DNA of 41,281 nt from Acidobacteriota bacterium (GCA_023265015.1 JAHFUO010000001.1:7091-48371); one strand, 5' to 3'. Shown: positions 9,215 to 17,782, counted from the stretch's first letter. Notes: a model not told the origin generated them from the letters alone. Program-made: numbers and translations.

Positions 9215-10114
9215 TTACGATCGCGGCGCGCGTCGGAGGCGGCTGAACCACGTCCGCCCCTCCACCGGGCGCTTCGCCTGTCCCGTCCCTAGAGTGAGGA
9301 CGTCCGCGACTGCCCGCGCCAGATCTGCATCGATGCGCATCGTCTGGGCCACGTATCCGGCAACGAGCGCGCGGTGGCAGATCATGTTGATCAACCGTGG
9401 GATGCCGCCTGAATACTCGTGCACGAGCTGCAGCGCCGAGGGCGTGAACGTGACGACGGGTGCGCCGCCTGCCACGGTTAGGCGATGCGCGACGTACGCG
9501 GCGGTCTCGTCTGCCGTCAGCGGCGTCAACTGGCAGCGGATCGAAAATCGCCCATCGAGCAAGAGATGCTGCGGTGTGCGCAGCAAAGCCAGCAGGTCGA
9601 GCTGACCGACGAGCACGATCTGGAGCAGCGTCACCTTGTCGGCCGCGAGGTTGGACAGCGCACGAATCTGCTCGAGAGTCGGGACAGGCTGAGCCTGAGC
9701 CTCGTCGACAATCAGCAACGCGGTGGCCCCAAGGGAGACGAGTGATTCCAAGAAATTGGACAGCGTCTCGATCAGAGCCTGGCGGCTCGGACCAGCGGCG
9801 CCAAGCCGCTCGTCGATGCGCGAAACGACGCCGAAGTCGCGCAGGATGTTTCCGAGCAGATCCTCCTCGGAGACAAACGGGTTCTGCAGCAGCGCGGTAA
9901 ACGTCTTCCTGTCGGCCTGATCGAGCAGCGCGCGGCACAGCGTCGTCTTCCCGGTGCCCACGTCGCCGGTCACGACGGCAAATCCCTCGCGTCGTGCAAT
10001 GGCCTCGCGCAGCAGCGTCACCGCGTTGGTGTGTGATTGGCTCTCGTAGAGGTACTTCGGATCCGCCGTCAGCCGGAACGGCTTCTCAGCGAAGTGGTAA
10101 TACTGCTCATACAT
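9215..10114 (-). CDS. Second ExeA/GspA-family AAA ATPase (ATPase domain only)
   Basis: MYEQYYHFAEKPFRLTADP, GDVGTGKTTLCR, LIVDEAQ, IVLVGQ, GGIPRLIN. No TM or SPOR domain. Confidence 0.92.
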   Translation of the reverse strand: MYEQYYHFAEKPFRLTADPKYLYESQSHTNAVTLLREAIARREGFAVVTGDVGTGKTTLCRALLDQADRKTFTALLQNPFVSEEDLLGNILRDFGVVSRIDERLGAAGPSRQALIETLSNFLESLVSLGATALLIVDEAQAQPVPTLEQIRALSNLAADKVTLLQIVLVGQLDLLALLRTPQHLLLDGRFSIRCQLTPLTADETAAYVAHRLTVAGGAPVVTFTPSALQLVHEYSGGIPRLINMICHRALVAGYVAQTMRIDADLARAVADVLTLGTGQAKRPVEGRTWFSRLRRAPRS

Positions 10115-10117
10115 CAG

Positions 10118-10213
10118 CGACCGAGCCCCGCTACGTAGGATGACAACGACCCGCCACGCGCTGTGGTGGCAGGGAGTAGACCAGAAGGACCTATCCTACG
10201 GGGCTTGGAGTCG
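10118..10213 (-). other. Long imperfect inverted repeat / stem-loop in the leader of the ExeA-type ATPase gene
   Basis: Minus-strand CGACTCCAAGCCCCGTAGGAT (10213-10193) pairs with ATCCTACGTAGCGGGGCTCGGTCG (10141-10118). There is also an inner GCCAC...GTGGC hairpin. Confidence 0.5.
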
Positions 10214-10224
10214 GGCGCGGCAAA

Positions 10225-11664
10225 TTATTGCGGCGATCTCTCCTCGCGAGCGCGATGAGCAGACACCCCACTCGGCCGGTGATTCCTGTCGACAACACGC
10301 GGTGGCGAGTCGTCTGATTTCTGTGCTGGGGATATCGCAATTGCAGCGAGCGTGGCGAACAGCAGCGCGTTCGCTGGCATGTGCAGGCTGAATTCCACTG
10401 TCTCCTGGATCCCGATCGCGACGAGTCCCACGGCAGCGCCGGCTCGCACCCAGTAGTCGTAGCTGTCGTCGCGTGCCGCGTTCAGGCTCCGGCGAATGGA
10501 GCTGGCCAGCAGCACCACAACGATGGCGGCAGGAATAGCCACCAACAATCCCCCTTCGGCCAGGAGCTGGAGATAGTCATTGTGGGCGTGGGTCATCCAG
10601 AACTCGAGCACATGCTTCTGATAGAAAAGCATCGCATCGGGATAGGTATTGAGACCGGTCCCGGTAATCGGGAAGTCCTGCACGACTTGCCAGCCATCGT
10701 GCCATGCGGCCACGCGACCCACGAGATCCGAGGTGTCAGCAAACCACTGCAGCAGCCGATCGACACCGCGCCAGCTCAGACTTGCGAGCAACAGTGCGCC
10801 GAGGGCGCTCACAACAATGGCTCGCCTTGCCAAGCCGATATGGCCTCTCCGAGCCATAAGCCACACAAAGCACCCCACGGCGCATGTGAAGCTCACAATA
10901 CCCGATCGCGACATCGTCCAGACCAGCGCAATCGCCATCACGATGATGCTGACGGCAATGAGGATCAATCGATTGGCCTCGGAGGTGGAGAGCCAGACAA
11001 TTCTGTTCCGCACGCCCGGCTTCACCGCCTTGAGCGCAACCTCGCTTCGCGCGCACAAGACCCCGATTGCCAGACACGTCGTCATCAGCATCCAGCCCGC
11101 GAAGTGATTGCGGTCGACGAACGGACCGAAACCGTTGCCGTTCGTCCCTTCCTCCGACCGCCAGAACCCGAACACGAGGCCGTTATTGTGCTCCCGGCCA
11201 AAGATGCCGACGAGGGCCAGCGGCACCGCGAACAGCATGAGGTGTCGCGGGAGCGCGCGCAGATCGCGTCGCGACAGAAAGCTTGGGAGCCCGATCAGGT
11301 ACAGCCCGAGCGTGGCCAATCCCAGCAGGGCAAGGCCGGTGGCGGCGGGATTGATTGAGAGTGGGTGAAGCGCAGTGCTGAGGGCGAACGTCAGACTGTA
11401 GCGAGATAGAAGAGCGGCCGCATGCGGACTGAGGAAATCAAGGGTGGTGCGAGGGACAGGTACCAGTTGTCCCCCGATCGCCAAGGCCACGAGCAATAGT
11501 CCGGCCGAGATGGTGCGAGCTTCACACGGAATCCCACGTTGGCGGACCAAGCCAGCCAGACCGATGGACGCTGCGACGACGAAAAGCGGAAGGTAGCCCC
11601 AGGGATAGACGGCGCCGAATGCCAGCGTCCCACAAACAATGAGGAGCGAAACGAGGACACTCAC
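10225..11664 (-). CDS. O-antigen ligase (Wzy_C)-family polytopic membrane protein
   Basis: Many TM segments, GPFVDRNHFAG, TMSRSG, R...W...PITGTGLNTY, HAHNDYLQLLAEGG. Confidence 0.88.
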   Translation of the reverse strand: MSVLVSLLIVCGTLAFGAVYPWGYLPLFVVAASIGLAGLVRQRGIPCEARTISAGLLLVALAIGGQLVPVPRTTLDFLSPHAAALLSRYSLTFALSTALHPLSINPAATGLALLGLATLGLYLIGLPSFLSRRDLRALPRHLMLFAVPLALVGIFGREHNNGLVFGFWRSEEGTNGNGFGPFVDRNHFAGWMLMTTCLAIGVLCARSEVALKAVKPGVRNRIVWLSTSEANRLILIAVSIIVMAIALVWTMSRSGIVSFTCAVGCFVWLMARRGHIGLARRAIVVSALGALLLASLSWRGVDRLLQWFADTSDLVGRVAAWHDGWQVVQDFPITGTGLNTYPDAMLFYQKHVLEFWMTHAHNDYLQLLAEGGLLVAIPAAIVVVLLASSIRRSLNAARDDSYDYWVRAGAAVGLVAIGIQETVEFSLHMPANALLFATLAAIAISPAQKSDDSPPRVVDRNHRPSGVSAHRAREERSPQ

Positions 11665-12381
11665 TCAGAGTGCGAACCCTGCCTGCGTGGCATCGCTGTA
11701 GAACATCTGTACCGTGTCGAGCGAGTAGTCCTCGAGATCGCGCCCCACCAGAGACAGCTTCTCGAGGATGTCGGTGGTGACCGTGATGATGTGGCAGCCG
11801 ATGGCATCGGCCTGGAAAATATTGAGTAACTCGCGCGGGCTCGCCCAGATCAGCTCGGCTTGCGGCGCGCGGGCGAGCCGCCGAACGGCCTCGGCCATCA
11901 ACGGCACAGGGTCAACGCCTGTGTCAGCGACACGGCCGGCGAATACGGACACGCATGCCGGCGCTCCTGAGCCCACGGCTTCGGCAACAGCAGTCACCTG
12001 ATCGAGAGTCATCAGGGCCGTCACGTTGACTCTCACGCCGTCGTTCGAGAGGCGGCGGACCAGCTCGTAGGACGGCTCGCGTCTGGTGTTGGTCACCGGT
12101 ACCTTGACGTATACGTTCTCGCCCCACCGTGCAATCTCGCGGGCCTGGCGCTCCATCTCCTCGAACTCGTCCGAGAAGACCTCGAACGAAATTGGCCTGT
12201 CGGGAATGGCCTCGAGGACCTGCTGGGCAAACGCGCGGTAATCGCTGACCCCCGCCTTTCGTATCAGCGTCGGGTTGGTGGTGAACCCTTTGATGTACGG
12301 CTTGCGGTACAACTCGAGCATGCTCGGCAGGTCAGCGCCGTCGGCGAAGATCTGGACAGCGAGTTGCTCAACGGGTGTCAC
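11665..12381 (-). CDS. tal: Transaldolase (small type)
   Basis: IFADGAD, GFTTNPT, ISFEV (acid/base Glu), VYVKVP (Schiff-base Lys), VNVT, SVFAGR (Phe), WASPRE. The Glu/Phe pattern fits transaldolase rather than fructose-6-phosphate aldolase. Confidence 0.93.
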   Translation of the reverse strand: MTPVEQLAVQIFADGADLPSMLELYRKPYIKGFTTNPTLIRKAGVSDYRAFAQQVLEAIPDRPISFEVFSDEFEEMERQAREIARWGENVYVKVPVTNTRREPSYELVRRLSNDGVRVNVTALMTLDQVTAVAEAVGSGAPACVSVFAGRVADTGVDPVPLMAEAVRRLARAPQAELIWASPRELLNIFQADAIGCHIITVTTDILEKLSLVGRDLEDYSLDTVQMFYSDATQAGFAL

Positions 12382-12607
12382 GAACCCTCGCTTCGTGAAC
12401 GGGAGAGAATCCAGTCGACTGCCTCGGGCAGCGAGTGAACGATGACGTCCGGGTGTTCGGGGCGTCGTTCCTGACAGCCCCAGTCGATGAAGATCGTCGT
12501 GCAGCCGGCGCGGCGGCCGGCCTCCTGCCGTCGCGAACGACGGGCCGGTTGATCACACCGTCCCGGTCGAGGAAGACGGCGCGACGACCGCCGACATCGA
12601 TTCCCAT
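12378..12607 (-). pseudogene. gmhB: GmhB-type HAD-IIIA sugar-bisphosphate phosphatase, internally deleted and frameshifted
   Basis: From ATG 12607: MGIDVGGRRAVFLDRDGVINRPVVRDG (HAD motif I). This is joined at about 12524/12525, in another frame, to EAGRRAGCTTIFIDW...PDVIVHSLPEAVDWIL (GmhB C-terminus). Only 230 nt remain. Confidence 0.85.
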
Positions 12608-13185
12608 TTTGTCTGCGCCGCCTTGAGCGCGGGGTGCGAGACCAGGAGATGCCACACGACAGCCTGAAACGCTTCCGCGTGCGGCGTGACGTTCTCCGGG
12701 TTGACCGTCGGCACAATCACACACGCGTCAGCGACCTGCGCCGTATAGCCTCCGTCGCGTCCGACCACCCCGACGATCTGCGCGCCGAGCTGTCGGCCGT
12801 ACTCCAGCGCGCGCACCAGGTTCGGGCTGACGTTGTGCTCGAGGCTGCCGCCCCCGACCGAGAACACGAACAACATGTCCTTCGCCTGCAGGCGGCTACT
12901 CTTGAGCCAGGCCGCGAAGACGTGCTCCCATCCCTCATCGTTGGTGCGCGCCGTCAGCTCGGAGACGTTGTCCACCGGCGTGTAGGCCTCGATGCCGGCG
13001 ATCTTCCTGAAATCGTTGACAGCATGTGAGCAATTCGCAGCGCTGCCGCCCATGCCGAGGAAAAAGAGGCGGCCGCCGCGCGCACGCAGGTCGACGAGCA
13101 ACGTGACGATCTTCTCGATCGCGGCCGTGTCGAGGCCGGCGATCACACGGGCCGCTTCGTCAAGATGCTGTTTGGCGTAGCTCAT
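12553..13185 (-). CDS. SIS-domain sugar-phosphate isomerase (GmhA-related)
   Basis: LFFLGMGGSAANCSHAVNDF, ELTARTNDEG, FSVGGGS, SPNLVRAL, GRDGG. ATG 13185 overlaps the upstream stop (ATGA). Confidence 0.88.
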   Translation of the reverse strand: MSYAKQHLDEAARVIAGLDTAAIEKIVTLLVDLRARGGRLFFLGMGGSAANCSHAVNDFRKIAGIEAYTPVDNVSELTARTNDEGWEHVFAAWLKSSRLQAKDMLFVFSVGGGSLEHNVSPNLVRALEYGRQLGAQIVGVVGRDGGYTAQVADACVIVPTVNPENVTPHAEAFQAVVWHLLVSHPALKAAQTKWESMSAVVAPSSSTGTV

Positions 13186-13895
13186 CGAGTGGCGATTCCC
13201 TTCGCAGCAAGGTACGCCCGTGTCTCTTCGAGCCCCTCTGGCGAACCGATCTCGTAGAAACGGTCCGGCACCTCGAAACCGACGAGATCGTCCGCTTCGA
13301 GCAGATCCTGGTAGATCGCGACGAGGTCGAACGCTTCGTCGTTGCCACGGCCGGCGCACGCCGACTTTCGGAAGGCGCCGAGGCCGGAGTCGATGTGACG
13401 CATTTCCGGCGTGCGGTGTTGCTTGTCATAGCGGATGATGCGGCCATCGGCATACAGCACGTTGCTGCGGTCCAGGCGATTCTCGTTGGGGTAGACGGTC
13501 ATCAGGCCGCTCTTGTCGCTCGCGAGGAACGTCCGTTCGATCGCGGCGTAGTCGCACTCCAGGTACGAATCGCCGTAGAGCACGAAGAACGGATCGCCGA
13601 GCTCGGGCAGCGCCCTGCGAATCGCCCCGCCTGTGCCCAGGGCTCGTGGGCCGTCAAACACATAGCGCACGTGCACGTCCCATCGGCCGCCGTCGCCCAG
13701 GGAGTCGGCGATCATTTCACCGAGGTGACCGAGCAGGAACGTGATGTCGGTGAGCCCGTGGCGGCGCAATAGCTCGATCTGGTGGACGGCAAACGGTTCG
13801 CCGGCAACTTCCACGAGCGATTTGGGAATTCCTTCCGTCACCGGCCGCAACCGCGTGGCCAGGCCACCGGCCAGGACGACAACCGGCAGGCTCAT
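13182..13895 (-). CDS. Sugar-1-phosphate nucleotidyltransferase (HddC-like)
   Basis: VVLAGGLATRLRP, IPKSLVEVAGEPF, LGTGGAI, VLYGDSY, FYEIGSPEGL. ATG 13895 (ATGA overlap). Confidence 0.92.
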   Translation of the reverse strand: MSLPVVVLAGGLATRLRPVTEGIPKSLVEVAGEPFAVHQIELLRRHGLTDITFLLGHLGEMIADSLGDGGRWDVHVRYVFDGPRALGTGGAIRRALPELGDPFFVLYGDSYLECDYAAIERTFLASDKSGLMTVYPNENRLDRSNVLYADGRIIRYDKQHRTPEMRHIDSGLGAFRKSACAGRGNDEAFDLVAIYQDLLEADDLVGFEVPDRFYEIGSPEGLEETRAYLAAKGIATR

Positions 13896-14872
13896 CCGAA
13901 CAGGACCTTCGTTCCCTCGAAGTCGAAGCGGAAGCGCACTTCCTCGAGTCCCGCCTTCGCCATCGCGGTGCGGAGCCGTTTGTGATCCTCGGAATAGAGA
14001 AGGAGGAACCCGCCCCCGCCAGCGCCTACCAGCTTTCCGCCGACGGCGCCATTCTTCCGGGCGAGCTCGTACCACTCATCGATTTGCGGGTTGCTCATGC
14101 CGTTCGATCGGCGCTTCTTGTGTTCCCAATGCTCGTGCATCAGCTCACCGAATAGCGCGGTCTTGCCGCCCTCGAGCGTCTGCATACTCCGCACACCAAT
14201 CTCCTTCACGTAGTGAAGGTTCTCGAGCATCTTCGTGTCGGACTGCTCAGTGCGCTGCTTCTGGTCTGAGAGAATCACGCCGGCGCTGCGCGAGAATCCC
14301 GTGAAGAACAGAAGCAGGTTGTCCTCGAGCTCGAAGAGGGCGTGCATGCTTGCCTTCAGCGGACGCGCATCCACGCTGCCATCCGGGTTGAAGGTGAAGC
14401 AGGTGACTCCGCCGTACGCCGCCGCATACTGATCTTGTTTGCCGATCGGCTCGCCAAGGCGATTGATCTCAATCTCGCACGCCAGTTCGGCCAGCTCATT
14501 CGGATGAAGCAACCGGCGCCGGTGCGCGTAGAGTGCCTTCAGCAGCGCGGTGGAGAAACTGCCGGACGAGCCAAGGCCGGTCCCGGCTGGAATATCGGCC
14601 AGCGTCGTGATTTCCACCTGTGGCGTCTGGAACCCGAGCATCTGGATCGCTTCGCGGATGATCGGGTGCTGGACTTCGTCGACCTTCTCAACATGTTCCA
14701 GCTTCGAGTACTTCAGATAGATGCCCTCTGTGAAGGGCCGCATCACCGTCACGTAGACATACTTATCAATGGCTGCCGTAATCAGGAAGCCGCCATGTTG
14801 CCGATAGTAAGACGGGAGGTCGGTTCCGCCGCCGCCCAGGGTGATTCGCAGGGGGCTGCGCGTGATGATCAT
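13892..14872 (-). CDS. GHMP-family sugar kinase (HddA-like)
   Basis: PLRITLGGGGTDLP, DIPAGTGLGSSG, IGKQDQY, GGKLVGAGGGGF. ATG 14872 (ATGA overlap). Confidence 0.93.
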   Translation of the reverse strand: MIITRSPLRITLGGGGTDLPSYYRQHGGFLITAAIDKYVYVTVMRPFTEGIYLKYSKLEHVEKVDEVQHPIIREAIQMLGFQTPQVEITTLADIPAGTGLGSSGSFSTALLKALYAHRRRLLHPNELAELACEIEINRLGEPIGKQDQYAAAYGGVTCFTFNPDGSVDARPLKASMHALFELEDNLLLFFTGFSRSAGVILSDQKQRTEQSDTKMLENLHYVKEIGVRSMQTLEGGKTALFGELMHEHWEHKKRRSNGMSNPQIDEWYELARKNGAVGGKLVGAGGGGFLLLYSEDHKRLRTAMAKAGLEEVRFRFDFEGTKVLFG

Positions 14873-15846
14873 CGCTGGCGATACACTTCCTCGACGATGG
14901 CAAGCGCGGCCCTCGCGTCGGCGAGACCGGCCGACGGTGCGCGGTCGAGCCGAATGTCCTCGAGGAACTCCGCGAACTCGAGCGCCCACGACTGGTCGCC
15001 GCCGGGATACTCCCAGCTCGTCGTCTCGGGCCGTCCCATCTCGGGCAACATCTTGTAGAACGTCAATCGTTCGACGCCGTAGCTGCCGCCCAGCCCTTCG
15101 ACGTGAAGTTTGGCGTCCTTCCCGTAGATCTCGAGGGAGAACAGGTTCTTCCACTCCGTGCAGCTGACGTGGAGGAACGCCGCCTGGTCAAGCGGCGTCC
15201 GCAGGAGGAGGAACGCGTTATCGTCCACCGGCATCTGCCAAAAGTAGGTGTGGGCAAACCCCTCGACCATCGTGAAGTCGCCGAGAAACCAGCGCGAGAG
15301 ATCAATCAGGTGCACACCTTGATCGATGAGCTCTCCGCCGCCGGAGAGCGCAGGATTGGCGCGCCATTCCTTGTCGTAGCCGATGCGCCCGCCGTGTCCG
15401 TAGCGCCCGCGGACGAACATCATCTCGCCGAGCGCGCCCGCCCCGAACAGCTCCCGTGCCTTCCGCAGCGCGGGATGATAGCGATGGTTGAAGCCGACAC
15501 GGACGAACCGGCGGTGCCGTCGCGCGGCCTCAATCACGGAATCAATCTCGACGACGGTCCGGGCCGCTGGCTTCTCGACAAGCACATGTTTCCCGGCCGC
15601 GACCGCGGCGCAGGAGATCTCCGCGAGCTTCTCGTTGGTCGTCGAAACGACGACGATGTCGACGTCGCTGCGGTCGATGACGGCACGCCAGTCGTCGCTC
15701 GGAACCGCGCCTGGAGCTGTACGGGCGAGCGCTTCCGCTCGCTCTTGCTTCACGTCGGCGCACGCGGTCAGTCGCGCGCCGGCCAGAGCCTCGGCCCGTT
15801 TGTGGCCATTCCGCCCGCATCCGATGATTGCGACACCAACACTCAT
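14869..15846 (-). CDS. Gfo/Idh/MocA-family oxidoreductase
   Basis: IIGCGRNG, GKHVLVEKP, VGFNHRY, SGGGELIDQGVHLIDL. Confidence 0.92.
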   Translation of the reverse strand: MSVGVAIIGCGRNGHKRAEALAGARLTACADVKQERAEALARTAPGAVPSDDWRAVIDRSDVDIVVVSTTNEKLAEISCAAVAAGKHVLVEKPAARTVVEIDSVIEAARRHRRFVRVGFNHRYHPALRKARELFGAGALGEMMFVRGRYGHGGRIGYDKEWRANPALSGGGELIDQGVHLIDLSRWFLGDFTMVEGFAHTYFWQMPVDDNAFLLLRTPLDQAAFLHVSCTEWKNLFSLEIYGKDAKLHVEGLGGSYGVERLTFYKMLPEMGRPETTSWEYPGGDQSWALEFAEFLEDIRLDRAPSAGLADARAALAIVEEVYRQR

Positions 15847-16709
15847 CGCGCTCCCCAGTCGAACCCGCGCTCCTTCGGCAGGATCCGACGTAGTGTGTAA
15901 ATGTCGGTCTTACGCAACTCATCGAGGTGTTTGCCGAACGTCTCCCACGGGTCCCACAAAGCGCTAATCAACTTCCCGGTTATGCCATCACTCTCAGAAG
16001 AAGCGAGAAATGCGCAGAGCGCGGCCGCACGCTCCGCCACTTCTGTCCCCTGGTGTCTGACCCCCAACGCGTCGTCGTATTCCTTTCGCCCGGTACGCTC
16101 AGCACCAGCCGCCAAGATGGCATCAGTCATCGCACTGTTCATCGGCCCTGGCGCAACGCAATTGACATCGATGCCTAGGGGCCGCACCTCGTCCGCCAGC
16201 GTTTCACAGAACTTGACCATAGCGGCCTTTGCCGCGCCATATGCCGTAAACCTGGGACGCGGACGGCCGGCACCGCCGCCCGAGATGCTGATGATCTTGC
16301 CTCCGCCACTCGTGGCGATCAGCGGTACGCAGGAGCGGCAGAGGTTGACAACCGACAGGAGATTGACCCGAAACGCACATTCCCACTCAGCCCAATCGTT
16401 CTCCCAGACCGGTCCGATTGGCCCCTGCAGCGCGGCGTTGTTGACCAGGACCGACACCCCGCCGAGGAGCCGGTGCGCCTGCTCGATGATCCTGTTGGGG
16501 GTCTCCTCATCGCCAAGGTCGCACGTCATAGCGTGTACCCGCTGATCGGGACGCACCCCCAACTCGCCAATCACCTGCTTGAGCTTGGCCTCGGACCGCG
16601 CCACCAGCAGCAGATCCGCGCCTTGTGCCCAGAACGTCCGCGCGACAGTGGCTCCGAGGCCGCGCGACGCGCCGGTGATGATGCAGCGCCGGCCCGCCAA
16701 CTTGGTCAC
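15843..16709 (-). CDS. Short-chain dehydrogenase/reductase
   Basis: ITGASRGLG, LVNNAA, YGAAK (YxxxK), VNCVAPG. GTG 16709 overlaps the upstream stop. Confidence 0.92.
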   Translation of the reverse strand: MTKLAGRRCIITGASRGLGATVARTFWAQGADLLLVARSEAKLKQVIGELGVRPDQRVHAMTCDLGDEETPNRIIEQAHRLLGGVSVLVNNAALQGPIGPVWENDWAEWECAFRVNLLSVVNLCRSCVPLIATSGGGKIISISGGGAGRPRPRFTAYGAAKAAMVKFCETLADEVRPLGIDVNCVAPGPMNSAMTDAILAAGAERTGRKEYDDALGVRHQGTEVAERAAALCAFLASSESDGITGKLISALWDPWETFGKHLDELRKTDIYTLRRILPKERGFDWGAR

Positions 16710-17680
16710 GCACGTTCCTCCAACAGCCACGGATTCGCTTGCAGGTAGTCGAGCGTCCTGATGATGCCTTCGCGAATCGACAGCTTCGGTTTCCAGCCGA
16801 GCGATCGAATCTTGGCAGTGTCGAGGAAGATGAAGGGGCTGTCGCCGATCCATCCACGCTCGCCGCCTGTGTAGGTTCGCAGTGGGTCGAGGCCGAGGTG
16901 GCCAGCGATCCAGCCGATCGAGTCGTTCACGTGACAGTACTCTTCGGTGCCGAGATTGAAGATGTTCACCTTGTCCTGCGCCTTTTCGATGGCGGTGAGC
17001 ATGGCGTCGATGCAGTCTTGAACGTAGAGGTACGATTTGCGCTGGCGGCCGTTGCCAAGTACGCGGAGCTCACACTGGTTCGCTCGCAAGCTCTGATAGA
17101 AGTCGAAAACGTGGCCGTGCGAGTACCTCTCGCCGAGGATCGACACGAATCGAAAAATGTAGCCCTGGAATCCGAACCCCTCACAGTAGGCTTGAATCAA
17201 CCCCTCACAGGCAAGCTTCGACGCACCGTAGAGTGAGGTCTGCACCGGGAACGGTGCGGCCTCTGGCGTGGGGAACACGTCCGGCTCACCGTAAATCGAT
17301 CCCGTCGAGGAGAAGGCGATCCGCCGAATGCCGCTGGCGCGCATGGCCTCGAGCACGTTGAACGTGGCGATCGTGTTTTGCTCGAGGTCTCGTCGCGGAT
17401 GCTTGGTTCCGAAACGGACGTCGGCACTGGCTGCCAGGTGGAACACGAAGTCGCAGCCCTTCATCGCCGTCGTCATCAGCGGCAGTTCGAGAACGTCGCC
17501 GCGAATAAGGCGGAACGACGGCGAGGGCGATGCAACAGTAAGAAACCGCTCCTGGCCGGTCGAGAAGTTGTCGTAGCCGACGACCTGGTGGCCGCCCGCA
17601 AGGAGGCGGTCCGCCAAGTTGCTGCCAATGAAGCCGCCTGCACCCGTAATGAAACACGCGCCCGCTTCCATTTGCTTCAC
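16706..17680 (-). CDS. NAD-dependent nucleotide-sugar epimerase/dehydratase
   Basis: ITGAGGFIGS, VFHLAA, FSSTGSIYG, YGASK. Start is GTG 17680 or ATG 17671. Confidence 0.92.
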   Translation of the reverse strand: MKQMEAGACFITGAGGFIGSNLADRLLAGGHQVVGYDNFSTGQERFLTVASPSPSFRLIRGDVLELPLMTTAMKGCDFVFHLAASADVRFGTKHPRRDLEQNTIATFNVLEAMRASGIRRIAFSSTGSIYGEPDVFPTPEAAPFPVQTSLYGASKLACEGLIQAYCEGFGFQGYIFRFVSILGERYSHGHVFDFYQSLRANQCELRVLGNGRQRKSYLYVQDCIDAMLTAIEKAQDKVNIFNLGTEEYCHVNDSIGWIAGHLGLDPLRTYTGGERGWIGDSPFIFLDTAKIRSLGWKPKLSIREGIIRTLDYLQANPWLLEERA

Positions 17681-17751
17681 GAACCAGTCGTACGTCTGGG
17701 TGATTCCATCCCGCCGGTCAGCGTGATGATGTGGCGGCCGATGTAGTCGGC
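17681..17751 (-). pseudogene. Mosaic relic: transaldolase fragment plus an epimerase-like C-terminal fragment
   Basis: 17716-17751 encodes ADYIGRHIITLT and matches tal 11776-11811 (ADAIGCHIITVT) at 30/36 nt. 17713-17681 encodes RDGITQTYDWF, which resembles the last helix of extended-SDR epimerases. Confidence 0.55.
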
Positions 17752-17782
17752 ATCGAGATCACGGCCGCCGTGGCAGGTCCAG

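Noticed and set aside
10118-10224. c-di-GMP-I riboswitch, suggested by GTAGCGGGG and a bulged stem
   Set aside because: The GGCAAA...GAAA...GACGCAAA first-hairpin signature is absent. Kept only as an unexplained stem-loop.
12368-12724. ORF-track proteins 12368-12724 and 12378-12716 as real genes
   Set aside because: Each carries only one half of the broken gmhB-type gene, attached to out-of-frame sequence.
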